A stretch of 64,000 nt of DNA, from assembly GCF_009914755.1 (NCBI RefSeq), contig NC_060946.1; one strand, 5' to 3'. The translations under genes and the position numbers were made by a program. How positions within the stretch are numbered: the stretch's first letter is position 1; each line of letters opens with the position of its first letter. Shown here piece by piece: positions 49,314 through 62,534 of the stretch. The stretch comes from the human T2T-CHM13v2.0 reference genome, Homo sapiens. Under the pieces are notes generated by a model. The model was not told the origin of the DNA. It worked only from the letters and a program-made list of their open reading frames with translations, and did not search any database.

Positions 49314-52300
49314 GAGATCTGGCAAGATTTCTGAATAGGAACAGCTCCGGCCTGCAGCACCCAGTGAGATCAACACAGAAGTCAGGTGGTTCATGCATTT
49401 CCAACTGAGCCTCCACTGGTGATACCCAGGCAAACAGGGTCTGGAGTGGACCTCCAGCAAACTCGAGAAAACCTGCAGCAGAGGGACCTGACTGTTAGAA
49501 GGAAAACTAACAAACAGAAAGGAATAGTATCGACATCACCAACATCAAAGACCAAAGGTAAATAAATCCACAAAGATGGGGAGAAACCAGTGCAAAAATG
49601 CTGAAAACTCCAAAAGTCAGAATGCCTCTTCTCCTCCAGAAGATCACAACTCCCCGCCAGCAAGGGAACAAAACTGGACAGACAATGAGTTTGACGAATT
49701 GACAGAAGTAGGCTTCGGAAGGTGGGTAATAACAAACTCCTCCGAGCTAAAGGAGCATGTTCTAACCCAATGCAAGGAAGCTAAGAGTCTGAAAAATAAA
49801 GGTTAGATGAATTGTTAACTAGAATAACCAGTTTAGAGAAGAATATAAATGACCTGATGGAGCTGAAAAACCCAGCACAAGAACTTCATGAAGCATACAC
49901 AAGTATCAATAGTTGACTCAATCAATCAGGAGAAAGGATATCAGAGATTGAAGATCAACTCAATGAAATAAAGCAAGAAGGCAAGATTAGAGAAAAAAGA
50001 GTGAAAAGAAATGAACAAAGCCTCCAAGAAATAGAGGTCTATGTTAAAAGACTGAATCTACGTTTGATTGGTGTACCTGAAAGTGACAGAAAGAATGGAA
50101 CCAAGTTGGAAAAAACTCTTAAGGATATTATCCAGGAGAACTTCCCCAACCTAGCAAGACAGGCCAACATTCAAATTCAGGAAATACAGAGAACACCACT
50201 AAGATACTCCTCAAGAAGAGCAACCCCAAGACACAAAATCATCAGATTCACCAAGGTTGAAATGAAGGAAAAAATATTAAGGGCATCCAGAGAGAAAGGT
50301 TGAGTTACCCACAAAGGGAAGCCCATCAGACTAACAGTGGATCTCTTGGCAGAAAACCTACAAGCCAGAAGAGACTGGGGGCCAATACACAACATTCCTA
50401 AAGAAAAGAATTTTCAAGCCAGAATTTCATATCCAGCCAAACTAAGCTTCATAATTGAAGGAGAAATAAAATCCTTTACAAGCAAATGCTGAGAGATATT
50501 GTCACCACCAGGCCTGCCTTACAAGAGCTCCTGAAGGAAGCACTAAACACGGAAAGGAACTACTGGTAACAGCCACTGCAAAAACATACCAAATTATAAA
50601 GACTATTGACACGATGAAAAAACTGCATCAACTAATGAGCAAAATAACCAGCTAGTATCATAATGACAGGATCAAATTCACACATAACAATATTAACCTT
50701 AAATGTAAATGAGCTAAATGTCCCCAGTTGACACAGTCTGGCAAATTGGATAAAGAGTCAAGACCCATCAATGTGTTGTATTCAGGAGACCCATCTCATA
50801 CACATAGGCTCAAAATAAAGGGATGAATAAACATTTACCAAGCAAGTGGAAAGCAACAAAAGGCAGGGGTTGCAATCCTAGTTTCTGATAAAACAGATCT
50901 TAAGCCAACAAAGATAAAAAGAGACAAAGAAGGGCATTACATAATGGTAAAGGGATCAATGCAACAAGAAGAGCTAACTATCCTAGACATATATGCACCC
51001 AATACAGGAGCACTCAGATTCATAAAGCAAGTTCTTAAAGACCTACAAAGAGACTTAGGCTCCCACACAATAATAGTGGGAGACTTTAACACTCCACTGT
51101 CAATATTAGATCGATGAGACAGAAAATTAACAAGAATATCCAGGACTTGAACTCAGTTCTGGACCAAGTGGACCTAAAAGATATCTACAGAACTCTCCAC
51201 CCCAAATCAACAGAATGTACATTCTTCTCAGCACCGCATTGTACTTATTCTAAAATTGACCACATAATTGGAAGTAAAACACTCCTCAGGAAATGCAAAA
51301 GAATGGAAATCATAACAAACAGTCTCTCAGACCACAATGTATTCAAATTAGTATGCAGGATTAAGAAACTCACTCAAAACCTCACAACTACATGGAAACT
51401 GGGCAACCTGCTCCTGAATGACTACTGGGTAAATAACGAAATGAAGGCAGAAATAAAGATGTTCTTCAAAACCAATGAGAACAAAGACACAACGTACCAG
51501 AATCTCTGGGACACATTTAAAGCAGTGTGTAGAGGGAAATTTATAGCACTAAATGCCCACAAGAGAAAGCAGGAAAGATCTAAAATTGACACCTTAACAT
51601 CAAAATTAAAAGAACTAGAGAAGAAAGAACAAACAAATTCAAAAGCTAGGAGATGACAAGACATAAATAAGATCAGAGCAGAATTGAACGAGATAGAGAC
51701 ATGAAAAACCCTTCAAAAAATCAATGAATCCAGGAGCTGGTTTTTTGAAAAGATCAACAAAACAGACCACTAGCCAGACTAATAAAGAAGAAAAGACAGA
51801 AGAATCAAATAGATGCAATAAAAAATGATTAAGGGGATATCACCACTGATCCCACAGAAATACAAATTATCATCAGAGAATACTACCAAGACTAAACATG
51901 GAAGAAGTCAAATTCCTGAATAGACCAATAACAAGTTCTGAAATTGAGGCATTAATCTATAGCCTACCAACCAAAAAAAGTCCAGGACCAGACGGATTCA
52001 CAGCCAAATTCTACCAGAGGTACAAAGAGGAGCTGGTACCATTCCTTCTGAAACTATTCCAAACAATAGAAAAAGAGAATCCTCCCTAACTCATTTTATG
52101 AGGCCAACACAACCAAAAAAAGGAAATTTTAGGCCAATATCCCTGATGAACATCAATGCAGAAATCCTGAATAAAATACTGGAAAATTGAATCCAGCAGC
52201 ATATCAAAAAGCTTGTCCACCATGACCAAGTTGGCTTCATCCCTGGGATGCAAGGCTGGTTCAACATGCAAATCAATAAATGTAATCCATCACATAAACG

Positions 52301-54574
52301 GAATCAATGACAAAAACTACATGATTATCTCAATAGATGCAGAAAAGGCCTTTGACAAAATTCAACAGCCCTTCATGCTAAAAACTCTCAATAAACTGGT
52401 ATTGATGGAACGTATCTCAAAATATTAAGTGCTATTTATGGCAAACCCACAGCCAATAACATACTGAATGTGCAAAAACTGGAAGCATTCCCTTTGAAAA
52501 TCAGCACAAGACAAGGATGCCCTCTCTCACTACTCCTATTCCACATAGTGTTGGAAGTTCTGGCCAGGGTAATCAGGCAAGAGAAAGAAATACATGGTGT
52601 TCAATTAGGAAAAGAAGAAGTCAAATTGTCTCTGTTTGCAGATGACATGATTATATATTTAGAAAACCCCATCGTCTCAGCCCAAAATCTCCTTAAGCTG
52701 ATAAGCAACTTCAGCAAAGTTTTAGGATAAAAAATTAATGTGCAAAAATCACAAGCTTTCTTATACACCAATAACAGACAAACAGAGAGCCAAACTATGA
52801 GTGAACTCCCATTCTCCATTGCTACAACAAGAATGAAATACCTAGGAATACAACTTACAAGGATGTGAAGGACCTCTTCAAGGAGAACTATAAACCACTC
52901 CTCAAGGAAACAAGAGAGGACAAAAACAAATGGAAAAACATTCCATGCTCATCAATAGGAAGAATCAATATCGTGAAAATGGCCATACTACCCAAAGTAA
53001 TTTATAGATTCACTGCTATCCCCATTAAACTCTATTGACTTTCTCCACAGAATTGGAAAAATATATTTTAAATTTCATACGGAATCAAAAAGAGCCCGAA
53101 TAGCCAAGACAATCCTAAGCAAAAAGAACAAAGCTTCAAGCATCATGCTACCTGACTTCAAACTATACTACAAGGCTACGATAAACAAAAGAACATGGTA
53201 CTGGTACCAAAACAGATATATAGATCAAAGGAACAGAACCGAAACCTCAGAAATAACACCACATATCTACAACCATCTGATCTTTGACAAACCTGAGAAA
53301 AACAAGCACTGGGGAAAGGATTCCCTATTTAATAAATGGTGTTGAGAAAACTGGCTAGCCTTAGGCAGAAAGCTGAAACTGGATCCCTTCCTTACACCTT
53401 ATATAAAAATTAACTCAAGATGAATTAAAGATTTAAATCTAATACCTAAAGCCGTAAAAACCCTAGAGGAAAACCTAGGCAATACCATTCAGGACATAGG
53501 CATGGGCAAAGACTTCATGACTAAAACACGAAAAACAATGGCAACAAAAACCAAAATTGAAAAATGGGACCTAATTAAACTAAAGAGTTTCTGGACAGCA
53601 AAAGAAACTATGAGAGTGAAAGGGCAACCTACGAAATGGGAGAAAATTTTTGCAATCTATCCATCTGACAAAGGCCTAATATCCAGAATCTACAAAGAAC
53701 TTAAACAAATTTACAAGAAAGAACAATCCCATCAAAAAGTGGGCAAAGGATGTGAACAGACACTTCTTAAAAGAGGACAATTATGCAACCAACAAACATA
53801 TGAAAAAAAGCTCATCATCACTAGTCATTAGAGAAATGCAAATCAAAACCACAATGAGATGCCATCTCATGCCAGTTAGAATGGCAATCATTAAAAAGTC
53901 AGGAAACAAAAGATACTGGAGAGGATGCGGAGAAATAGGATTGCTTTTACACTGTTGGTGGGAGTGTAAATTAGTTCAACCATTGTGGAAGACAGTGTGG
54001 CTATTCCTCAAGGATCTAGAACTAGAAATGCCATTTGGCCCAGCAATCCCATTACTGGGTATATACCCAAAGGATTATAAATCATTCTACCATAAAGACA
54101 CATGCACACGTATGTTTATTGCAGGACTGTTCACAATAACAAAGACTTGGAATCAACCCAAATGCCCATCAATTATAGACTGGATAAAGAAAATGTGGCA
54201 CATATACACCATGGAATACTATGCAGCCATAAAAAAGGATGAGTTCATGTCCTTTGTAGGGACATGGATGAAGCTGGAAACCGTCATTCTCAGCAAACTA
54301 ACACAAGAATAGAAAACAAAACACCACATGTTCTCACTCATAAGTGGGAGTTGAACAACGAGAACACAAGGACACAGGGAGGGGAACATCACACACTGGG
54401 GCGTGTTGGGGGTTGGGGGCGGGGGGAGGGATAGCATTAGGACAAATACCTAATATAGGTGATGGGTTGATGGGTGCAGCAAACCACCACAGCACATGTA
54501 TACCTATGTAACAAACCTCAGCATTCTGCACGTGTACCCCACAACTTAAACTATAATAAAAAAGTAGGTTAAAA
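49314..54574 (+). mobile_element. L1PA7-like element with spliced 5'UTR; ORF1 from 49576 and ORF2 from 50663, both disrupted
   Basis: 12-bp TSD aaagtattacag (49302-49313 and 54575-54586); 5' end present; ORF1/ORF2 fragments; 3' diagnostics gatgggttgatgggtgcagcaaaccacc. Confidence 0.95.
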
Positions 54575-55174
54575 AAAGTATTACAGACACAGTATGATGC
54601 AAATCTTTGACTTGGCTAGCCTCAAGGCTTTTAAAAGTCTAAGATTCCTTATTAGAAAGTTCCAACAAAGCCAATTTTAAGAAGCCTATATGGTCAATAA
54701 ATATTCTTGCTGCACTTTATGCAAATAATCAGACCAGGTATGATAAGACTAAAACTTATTTTGCACAGAAATTTGTCCTACTATGGTTTGTCTTTGATAA
54801 AATGATGGACTAGAGAGAGAAAATTCATGTTTCAAATGAAAACTGTGACATATGCTATTAGATTCCAGCCCTGATCATTCTTTTCCGAGTTTTTATTATT
54901 TGCCTATAATTTGGGCTGAATCCTGAATTATTTCCTGGCTCCAAGTGTTCCCTAGTGAACCCAGATAAAATATATTTTTAAAAAACTTGTTTTATCCTGT
55001 CAGGAATGAGATGTATTTTTGAAGGACTACTTAAACTAGCAATTACAATTCGATTATTATGATTATAGAATCTCGGGATTTCTCTTCCTTCTTGTCAAGG
55101 TCTTTACCTGATGTTTGTCTCATTAAAAAAAAAAAAGAAATCAGACTGATTACACTCTACTCAAGACTGAAGAC

Positions 55175-55730
55175 ATGTACTTTAACCTGTCTCTGTTACC
55201 AGTAAACGAAAGCCTTAAATTTCAGAATCCGTCAGGGACCCTGTGTGGTCCCTGGATCAAGCACACATGGGCTTATGAATGTGTTGACCGCTGGCATATG
55301 AGAGGTAATTGTCTATTAGGTTATGTGGCTCTTCCTCTTCCTATTTATAACTCCAATGTTTCTGAACGCTGAAGTAGTTCATCGAAATTATTTTCCAGGA
55401 TTAGACAAACCATACCTGCAAACCAAGGAGATGAATTTTGGCCTATGTTTGGCAGAAATCTCTTGCCATGGTGGGGAGTAACCTCTCATGAACGTATAAT
55501 TAGAAATCTGTCAACCACTCTAGGTAACTTAGCAAATGAACTAGCTGAAGCCATAGCTACCAAATAAAGATCTTCAGACTCTTTAGCCAGGATAGTCATG
55601 GATTACGGAATAACTTTAGGCTACATAGTGGTGAAACAGGGAGAAACTCATATGGCAGCTAGCTAACACATCATGTTGTGTTTAGATCCATACATCTTCT
55701 GAAGTTGAAACACATGTAAAAAAATAGACG
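55175..55730 (+). pseudogene. env: ERV1 env remnant (SU C-terminus plus TM ectodomain)
   Basis: Hand translation: LCGPW..WAYECVDRWHMRGNCLLGY..SRIRQ..PWWGVTSHERIIRNLSTTLGNLANE..SLARIVMDYGITLGYIVVKQGE / ANTSCCV*IHTSSEVE (heptad repeat, ISD-like segment, CC motif). Confidence 0.8.
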
Positions 55731-55759
55731 ATATGGGAATTAATTATGACAAATCCTAG

Positions 55760-56288
55760 GGAAGAGGCTGAAAGAGCTGTAACACAAACAGGGCTGAGAC
55801 ATGCCCCTTGCTCGCCACATTGTGGGCAAAGAGAAGGAAAGAAGAGCTATGGCCCTTTGGGGAGCCCAGACCTGGGAGCTCCCCGAGCCAGAGCTGTGAT
55901 TCCTTCTTTGGGGCCTTTGGTTCCTGATATCTCCAAGCTTCTGGGTGCCACTGTGTTCCCAGTGTGCCAGCTGTGGAAGCTTCTTGAGGTGCCCATGGTC
56001 CAGCCACAGCCTTGTGGAGAGCTGGCGCCTGTGTTGGCACCTGGAGCTACCTGCTCCACTTCAGCAGCCAGCAAATCTGACTGCACAGTGGCCAGACCCC
56101 ATGCTCACTCACACACCCCTTGCCACTCCATGCAGTCTCCCTTGGCAGGCATGGGATCCAACGTGGTAGCATGAGCAGAGCACAGCCTGCCAGGCTGAGT
56201 GTGTGGGGCCCAGCAAAACTCAGGCAAAGGTGCCACCAGTCATAGAGGTTTCTGTCTAGAAAAGTAACACCCCAAAGATCCCATAACA
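55760..56288 (+). mobile_element. MER52-like ERV1 LTR (3' part)
   Basis: gaaagagctgtaacacaaacagggctgagacatgccccttgctcgccac...gaggtttct...ccccaaagatcccataaca. Confidence 0.75.
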
Positions 56289-56940
56289 CCGCTACTCTTC
56301 CCAGCCTCTGGAAACTCTCAGTCTACTCTCTATCTTGATGAGTTCAATTGTTTTAATTTTTAGCTCCCACAAATGAGTGAGAACATGCGAAGTCTGTCTT
56401 TCTGTGCCTGGCTCATTGTACTTAACATAATGTCTTCTAGTTCCATCCATGTTGTTGCAAATGACAGAATCTTATTCTTTTTCATGGCCGAAGAGTACTC
56501 CATTGTGTATATGTACTACATTTTCTTTATCCCTTCATCTGTTGATGCACACTTAGGTTGCTTCCAAATCTTGGCTATTATGAATAGTGCTGAAATAAAT
56601 ATGGGAATGCAGATATCTCTTTGATATACTAATTTTCCCTCTCTTGGGTATATACCCAGCAGTGGGATTGCTGGATCATATGATAGTTCTATTTTTAATT
56701 TTTTGAGGGACCTCCATACTGTTCTCCATAGTGAATATATTAATTTACATTCCCACCAACAGAGTAAGAGTGTTCCCTTTTCCCCACATTCTTGAAAGCA
56801 TTTGTTATGGTCTGTCTTTTGCATAAAAGCCATTTTAATGGGGTAAGATGATATATTTTTGTAGTTTTGATTTCAATTTCTGTCATGATCAATGATATTG
56901 AGCAACTTTTCATATACCTATTTGACATTTATACATGTTC

Positions 56941-57230
56941 TTTTTTGTTTTTGCTCATTTTTTGAGACAGGGTCTCACTCTGTCACCCAGGCTGGAGTGC
57001 AGTGGTATGATCATGGCTTAATGTAGTGTTGACTGCCAGGGTTCAAGCAATCCTCCCACCTCAGCCTCCTGAGTAGCTGGGACCACAGGCATGCATCACC
57101 ATGCCCAGGTAGTTTTTAAAATTATTTGCTATGTTGTTCAGGTTGGTCTTGAACTCCTGGGCTCAAGTGGCCCACCCGTCTTGGCTCCCCAAAGTGCTGG
57201 AATTACATGTGTCAGCCACTGCGCCTGACC
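56941..57230 (-). mobile_element. AluJ-like
   Basis: Reverse dimer. Confidence 0.92.
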
Positions 57231-57660
57231 TGTGTGACTTCTTTTGAGAACTGTCTGTTCAGATCTTTTGCCCATTTAAATAATTAGATTGTTAGTTTTT
57301 TTTCTTATAGAGTTGTTTGAGCTCCTTATATATTCTGGTTATTAATCCCTTGTCAGTTATATAGTTTGCAAAAATATTTTCTTCCATTCTGTGGATTGTC
57401 TTTTCACTTTGTCCATTGTTTTCTTTACTGTGCAGAAACTTTTGAACTTGATGTGATACCACTTGTTCATTTTTGCTTTGGTTGCCTGAGCTTTTGGACT
57501 ATTACTCAAGAAATCTGTTCCAAGAGCAATTTCCTGGAGAGTTTCCGTAATGTTTTCTTTCAGTAGTTTCGTGTCTTTGATTTAGGTCTTTAACCCATTT
57601 GGATTTGATTTTTGTATATAGTGCAAGAGAGGTTTCTAGTTTAACTATTCTGCCAATGAC

Positions 57661-57920
57661 TTGGGAGGCCGAGGTGGGCGGATCATGGGGGCAGGAGATC
57701 GAGACCATCCTGGCTAACACGGTGAAACTCTGTCTCTACTAAAAGTACAAAAAAAAATTTAGCCAGGCGTGGTGGTGGGCACCTGTACTCCCAGCTACTT
57801 GGGAGGCTGAGGAGGAGAATGGTGTGAACCCGGGAGGTGGAGCTTGCAGTGAGCCCAGATCGCGCCACTGCACTCCAGCCTGAGCAACAGAGCTAGACTC
57901 CATCTCAAAAAAAAAAAAAA
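57661..57920 (+). mobile_element. 5'-truncated AluY-like
   Basis: Starts ttgggaggccgagg; approximate TSD ctgccaatga / ctgacaatga. Confidence 0.93.
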
Positions 57921-59242
57921 GCTGACAATGAATATCTAGTTTTCCCAGCACAATTTGTTGAAGAGACTGTCCTCTCCCCCATGTATATTCTTGGCACCTT
58001 CATTGAAAATGAGTTAATTGTAAATGTATGGATTTATTTCTGGGTTCTCTATTCTGTTCCATTGGTCTATGTGTCTGTTTTATGCCAGTACCATGCTGTT
58101 TTGTTTATAATTTCTCTGTACTATAATTTAAAGTCAGGTGATGTGATTCTTCCAGTTTTGTTCTTTTTGCTCAGGATGGCTTTTGGTATTCTGGGTCTTT
58201 TATGGTTTCATGTAAATTTTAGGATTTTTTTTCTATTTCTGTGAAGAGAGTTATTAGTATTTCAATAGGGATTGCATTGAATCTGTAGATTGCTTTGTGA
58301 AGTATGGGTATTTTAACAATATTTACTCTTCCAATAAATGAACATGGACTATCTTTCCATTTTTTTTGGTGTCCTCTTTAATTTTTTTGCATCTATGTTT
58401 TATAGTTTTCATTGTAGAGATCTTTCACTTCTTCTGTTATGTTTATTCCCAGTTATTTTATTTTATTTGTAGCTATTGTAAATGGGATTACATTCTTGAT
58501 TTTCTTCTTTAGATTGTTCATTTTTGTCATTTAGAAATGCTACTGACTTTTGTAGTTTGATTTTGTATGCTGTGACTCTGAATTTGTTGATCAGTTCTAA
58601 TAGTTTTTGGTGGAGTCCTTAGGTTTTTCCAAATATAAGAGCTAATCATCTGCAAACAAGAAAACTGTAATAATTTTACTTCTTTCCAATTTGGATCCCT
58701 TTTATTGTTTTTCTCTTGTCTGAATTGCTCTAGCTAGGACTTCTAGTACTATGTTGAGTAACAGTGTTGGAAGTGGACATTCTTGTCTTGTTCCAGATCT
58801 TAGAAGAAAGGCTTTCAGCTTTTCCCTGTCCAGGATGATACTGGCTGTGGGTCTGTTGCATATGGTTTTTATTGTGTTGTGGTATGTTCCTTCTATATCT
58901 AGTTTTTTTTTGAGGGTTTCTTTTTATCACAGGGATGTTGAATTTTATTAAATGCTTTTCAGCATCAATTGAAATTATCATATGGTTTTTGTCCTTCATT
59001 CTGTTGATATGATGTGTCACATTGATTGATTTGCATACGTTGAACCATGTTGGCATCCTCGGGATAAATCCCACTTAGACATGAGGACTGGTCTTTTTCA
59101 GAGGATGAGTTTGGAAATACTACAGCCTTCTCTGTTTTTTGGAATAGTTTGAGTAGGATTGATAGTAATTCTGCCTTCAATGCTTGGTAAAATTAATCAG
59201 TGAAGCCAGTGAAGCCATTGAATCCAGGCTTTTCTTTGCTAG

Positions 59243-59582
<340 letters not shown>

Positions 59583-59976
59583 ACTTCTTCCAGGTTTTTC
59601 AATTTATTGGAATATAGTTGGTCTTAATAGTTTCTAATGATTCTTTGAATTTCCACAGTATCAGTTATAGTGCCTCCTTTTTAATCTCTGGTTTTATGTA
59701 TTTGAATCTTCTCTCTTTTTTCTTAGTCTGGTTAAGTGTTTGTTGATTTTGTTGGTCTTTTAAAAATATTAACTTTTCATTTCATTGATATTTTATATTT
59801 TTAAATTTCAATTTCATTTATTTCTGCTCCGATCTTTGCTATGTTTCCTTCTACTAATTTTGGTTTTGGCTTGCTCTTGCTTTTTTAATTATTTAAGATG
59901 CATTATTAGGTTGTTTATTTGAAGCTTTTCTACTTTTTTTGATGTAGGTGCTTATTTCTATAAACTTACCTCTTAG

Positions 59977-60313
<337 letters not shown>

Positions 60314-60429
60314 TGTACCCTAGGTTTTGGTTTGACTTTAAACTTTTTCTTTTCTCGAAAACTCAGTGTCATGGTACCGGCTTCTTGTGCTTTGGGCAGT
60401 GAGACCCTTTTACTTGATAACAGTGGTAG

Positions 60430-60730
60430 CTGGGACAAGTTGGCAATGTAAATAAATAAACAGCATCTAGATTGGAAAGGAAGAAGTACAGTTATCTTTA
60501 TGTACAGATGACATGATCTTGCATTTAGAAAATCGTAAGAAATTTACTAAAACGTATTAGGACTCATGAACAAATTTAAGAATGTAACACTATATAAGAT
60601 TGGTATACAAAAATAACTGTATTTCTTTACCAAGAAATCAAGAATCCAAAAATGGAATTACAAAAATAAATCTTGTTACAATAGAATTAAAGCTGGGGAA
60701 GCTTAAACTTGAACACTAAAAACTACAATA
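60430..60730 (+). mobile_element. Ancient L1M ORF2 (RT) fragment
   Basis: ggaaaggaagaagtacagttatctttatgtacagatgacatgatc translates to GKEEVQLSLCTDDMI. Confidence 0.75.
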
Positions 60731-61247
60731 CATGGTTAGCGTTGGAAACACCCAGATAACATCCCTGAGCATTCTCTCCTTGGCTCTGAGGGCTTTACCT
60801 TCACTGGGTGAGGAAAGGGGTTGCATTCTTGGTTTTACATTATATTAGGTGGGTTCGGGTTGAGGTATCTGCAATTCAAATGAGTATTACAATCACTACT
60901 TTTATGGATAAGAGACTAAGGCCCACCAAGAGAGGGAATGACAGTCCATATCCTGGAAGGTGAATTGTCAGACACTAATTTCCGCTATTTAACCCCTGCC
61001 AATCATCATGTATTTAAAGGATCCCCAGATACCATACCAATAGGTGTTCAAGAGAGAGGCCTGTAATCTAGGCGTCTGAGAAAACAAGGCTAGAGATTCC
61101 AATATTGGAGACAACAGAGCTCTGGGAAGATTAAGTTTGAGTTTTCTGGATCTGCAGAATAGAGTCACTGAGGACCAATTGCAAGATCAGAGGAGATGAA
61201 AGAACAAGTCAGGGCATGCTTAGGAAAAGAGAATACCAGGGATAGGT

Positions 61248-61610
61248 TTTAGGCAAGAGTCACACTGAGGAAGGGCAGGTTCTTCGCGTCGCTCAGGAAG
61301 AAATCCAAAAGCAAGCCTGTGGTGGAAGAAAGCAGCTCTACGGAGGCATTGGCGGTGTTACAGCCCTGCGTCCACTCCAGCAAGGCAGGGAGCCCTCCGT
61401 GGGTTGTGCTCCCAGAGCAGCAGCCTAGGGGTGGCTTGTAGTCATTTTTATGATTCACTTTTAATGGTATGCTAATTAAGGGGCGGGTTATTCAGAAATA
61501 GCTAGAAATGGGCAGTAACTTCCATCTGTTTCCATGGCAAGGGGTGGGGACTTCTCGTGATGACATGGCATTGGCAAACTGTCATGGCACTGGTGGGAGC
61601 GTCTTCTGGT
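61248..61610 (-). mobile_element. ERV1 LTR fragment (MER50/LTR27-like)
   Basis: aattaaggggcgggttattcagaaat...gtaacttcc...aaactgtcatggcactggtgggagcgtc; family uncertain. Confidence 0.55.
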
Positions 61611-61826
61611 GACAGGTGTACCTAATAAAAATATGCTTAGTGACTTGGGATAAACCAATAGTTGTTCAAAAGTGATGGAGAGCCGTGAAAGAGAGATAGC
61701 GGTAAATAGTTACAATAACACAATTTTCCTGCACCTGTCGAGGATTTCCCCCAAAAAACGCAGAATGTGGGATGCACCTAAGGCATATGAAAGAGAGAGG
61801 GCAGAAGGAGTAAGAGAGAAATAGGA

Positions 61827-61936
61827 GGAAGGAAGGAAGGAAGGAAGGAAGGAAGGAAGGAAGGAAGGAAGGAAAGAAGGAAGGTAGGACGGAAGGAAGG
61901 AAGGAAGGAAGGAAGGAAAGAAGGACGAAAGGAAGG
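61827..61936 (+). repeat. (GGAA)n microsatellite
   Basis: 12 perfect units at 61827-61874 and 7 perfect units at 61891-61918. Confidence 0.97.
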
Positions 61937-61989
61937 AGAAAACACCAGTGTTACTAAAACCCCCCAAAAAGTGGTTTCCCCCTGTGGGT

Positions 61990-62325
61990 AAGCCTACAAT
62001 GTGGATGAATCTTGAAAATATTGTGCTACGTGTTATGTCAGTCATAGCAGCTCACCTATTGTGCAATTCCGTTTATAGGAAATGTCCACAATATGGAAAT
62101 CTATGCATATGGGATTGATCGCACTAGGTAGTTGCTACCTAGGGCTGAGGGTCAGGGAGAGGGTTTGAGACAGAATGAGGAGTGACTAATGTCTACAGGG
62201 TTTTTCTCTGGTCGGGGGTGATAAGACGTTCTACAATGGATTGCGAATTAAAATTGAATGTGCACAACCACAGGTATAGTAAAAGCCACTCAATTCATGA
62301 CGTTTAATGGGGGAATCTTATGTGG
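61990..62325 (+). mobile_element. Old L1M 3' region
   Basis: tggatgaatcttgaaaatattgtgcta...attccgtttataggaaatgtcca...ggtgataagacgttcta. Confidence 0.7.
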
Positions 62326-62534
62326 CGCACTCTCATGGAGACCACGGCAGACATAGTGAGAGAGAAAAAGGTGAGTAAGTGTCTGAAACGGAGGCAGAAA
62401 CAGAGAGAATGAAAAGCCCTGTGAATGGAAGGGAGAGCGAAAAGGGAAAATGGTCCTATTTACAAATGACGGATGTGAAACTGGGGTTCACATCAACAGT
62501 GTCACTGCCAGGAAGGAGGGTCATGCTAGCCATG

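Noticed and set aside
55746-56289. Several overlapping ORFs up to 142 aa
   Set aside because: GC-rich MER52-like LTR, where open frames are expected by composition.
61710-62045. ORF with (FLPS)n repeats
   Set aside because: Translation of the (TTCC)n microsatellite.
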